The notes under the pieces are model-generated. The model ran no database searches. It was not told the origin of the DNA and worked only from the letters and a program-made list of their open reading frames with translations. From Okamejei kenojei (lineage: Eukaryota), in NCBI GenBank assembly GCA_035221665.1, contig CM069142.1, positions 186,001-250,000 of the forward strand: a stretch of DNA of 64,000 nucleotides. Reading direction: 5' to 3'. The position numbers and the translations under genes are program-made. Positions 62,106-64,000 of this stretch are shown here, piece after piece; positions within the stretch are counted from its first letter, which is position 1; every line of letters begins with the position of its first letter.

Positions 62106-62947
62106 TGGCTTTTATCACTTTAATAATAATTTTCATTTGTAAAATATTTATGTTGATGTTATACTTTTTTAGAATCATTCGTGGTATTAAATTTTGAGTT
62201 TGATTGGTCAACTATAATCAAAACAGTATAGTGAGGTATACATTATTATAAATGTTGCTTATTTTAATACACGAAAATGCAAGATCAGCACAGGCCAGTT
62301 TGCAAACGCACTGCACTTTGCATTAAAAGAAAATGAAACATATCCTGTTTGGTGCAGTCAATGCTGAACTGAAACTTAAAAACACAATAATTTGAATATT
62401 CAAATATTTGAGGCAGGTCAGTTAGTGGAATTTTATCAAAAAGTGTTAAGGTCATTGTATCACATGCAAAATGTCCCAATGTCTCCGTTGATTTAGGTGT
62501 TGTAAAGGGTTTTAATTAAAATGACTTTGTCTGCCCAAGTCCGGAAATGGAAACAGAAAGTAAGAGAAACTAAACTACAGTGGATGATTCTCACACAAAC
62601 CTAACCTTAATAGGGAGATTCTTCGTGTGGGTGTGGTACAATCTGCAGCAGCAGGGGTCCCTTGAACGCTTGGCAGGGGCTTGAAGGAATATTTGATGGA
62701 ATTAATACAGAGAAATGTGAGGTGTTGATAAGAGGACATAGTTTAGCAATGTTACAACATTTTCAGATTTAAAAAATCAAGTCTGCAATTTATCCCATCA
62801 GGTAAAGCATCAAAAGAAGTTTAATTTGACACCTAAGAGATTCACTTCAATATTCTTCAGCATTAAAAAAAGTTATGGCCATTTTCATACTCGGAAATTA
62901 GCATCTTGTTCCCTATTGCTTTTCCATTGACTTAACTCAAAAGCTGT

Positions 62948-63596
62948 TGTGAGATACCCTTTATGCTCACAATTAATGCTCAAAGACTAAATCCTGGAAG
63001 CAAGAGATTCTTTATTTTACAAGTCTGCAGACCGGGTGCCTCTCCAACTCGAGACACCCCGAAGCCAGAGAAATCATCCCCCTTTATACACAGAATCTTA
63101 CATTCAACCTCCCCTCCGGACCCTTCTCCAATCAGGGTCGGAGGTGCACAATCTGTAGGTACATCCCACCGTACATCCCCTCGCACCTCCCATATCATAC
63201 ATTGCATGTTCAAACATGTTCATGGTAATGAGCAATTTCTTAACCAGGGGTGTGTTGTAATATTCATTTATTCTATTAAGCATGCTCAGTTGCTCATGAC
63301 CTACCCTAGTGTTTTACTCACCTTCTAGTGAACCCTCTCAGTTCTCCTATATCAGTACTAAAGCTAAGCTATAGTGACAAGGGTCCCATCTATCACTCCC
63401 TTCCACTGATAGGGATCTCTCTACATCACTCCCTTCTACTGCTATACAATGCTATCACTTCTTACTCAAGGACTCAAGGATGGGTCTGGCAACCTTCAGA
63501 CACTGCTGTGTCAGAATCCTCTCTCCAGCCCCTCTCTGTTTGAATTCTCTTTAAAACTCCTTTCTTTAATGAGGTTTAATCACTTTATCCCTCACA
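62948..63596 (-). mobile_element. Solo LTR related to the ERV LTRs
   Basis: Reverse complement aligns end to end with 33449-34086 but is more diverged; 4-bp TSD CTGT (62944-62947 and 63597-63600). Confidence 0.95.
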
Positions 63597-63628
63597 CTGT
63601 GATCGAGGTCAGTTAAAACCCCATAACC

Positions 63629-63807
63629 ATATAACAATGTAACAATTACAGCACGGAAACAGGCCCTCTCATGCCTTCCAGTCCATGCAGACCATTTATT
63701 TTCCCCTAGTCCCATCTACCTGCACTCAGACCATACCCCTCCATTCCCTTCCCGTCCATATACCTATCCACTTTACTTTTAAATGTTAAAATCGATCCTG
63801 CCTCCTG
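63629..63807 (-). mobile_element. Short CR1 3' end insertion
   Basis: 7-bp TSD CATAACC (63622-63628 and 63808-63814); sits in the same AT-rich host repeat as the solo LTR. Confidence 0.85.
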
Positions 63808-64000
63808 CATAACCTTCTTAAAAATAAGAGAACTGAATGAAATGTTCAGTTATTATAGATTGAAGCATTCTGAAACAAATATGAAACAATCTTACTTGGA
63901 TGACCTGAAATTAAAGCATATAATTAGCTAGTTACCTAATTGTAGCTAATTACAAAATTGACCGTTGTAACAGAAATAGTAATAAACACCCAGACTGCTT

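Overview
Vertebrate genomic DNA, most likely a cartilaginous fish (skate/ray-like). This is inferred from the repeat set: CR1 LINEs, HE1/V-SINE-like SINEs, Penelope-like elements and Rex/Babar-like fragments. Most of the window is nested transposable-element debris, with three N-gaps and stretches of visibly noisy, indel-rich consensus. Under the repeats lies a minus-strand B7/butyrophilin-family Ig gene that most resembles VTCN1/B7-H4. Its parts are: a candidate CpG-rich promoter with an Ets-IRF motif (~61.9-62.0 kb), a candidate signal-peptide exon (57966-58014), a clean IgV exon with atypical cysteines (28881-29219), a frameshifted IgC exon (27552-27820), and candidate terminal exons. No transmembrane exon was found. 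Bases 1 to ~10.2 kb duplicate part of that gene's large intron (29564 to ~51.2 kb), which predicts a paralogous V exon just left of the window. The two copies differ by copy-specific insertions: a processed DDX1 3' fragment in copy 1, and a CR1 plus a 7-kb class I (HERV-I/ERV3-like) provirus in copy 2. The provirus has a tRNA-Pro PBS, a 4-bp TSD, a mostly deleted pol and a full-length but disrupted env. A related solo LTR sits upstream of the promoter. Penelope-like elements carry minimal hammerhead-ribozyme motifs that recur about 14 times. Degraded Tc1 and hAT transposons and two MITEs are also present. All alignments were made by eye, and repeat boundaries are approximate unless a TSD or TIR is quoted.
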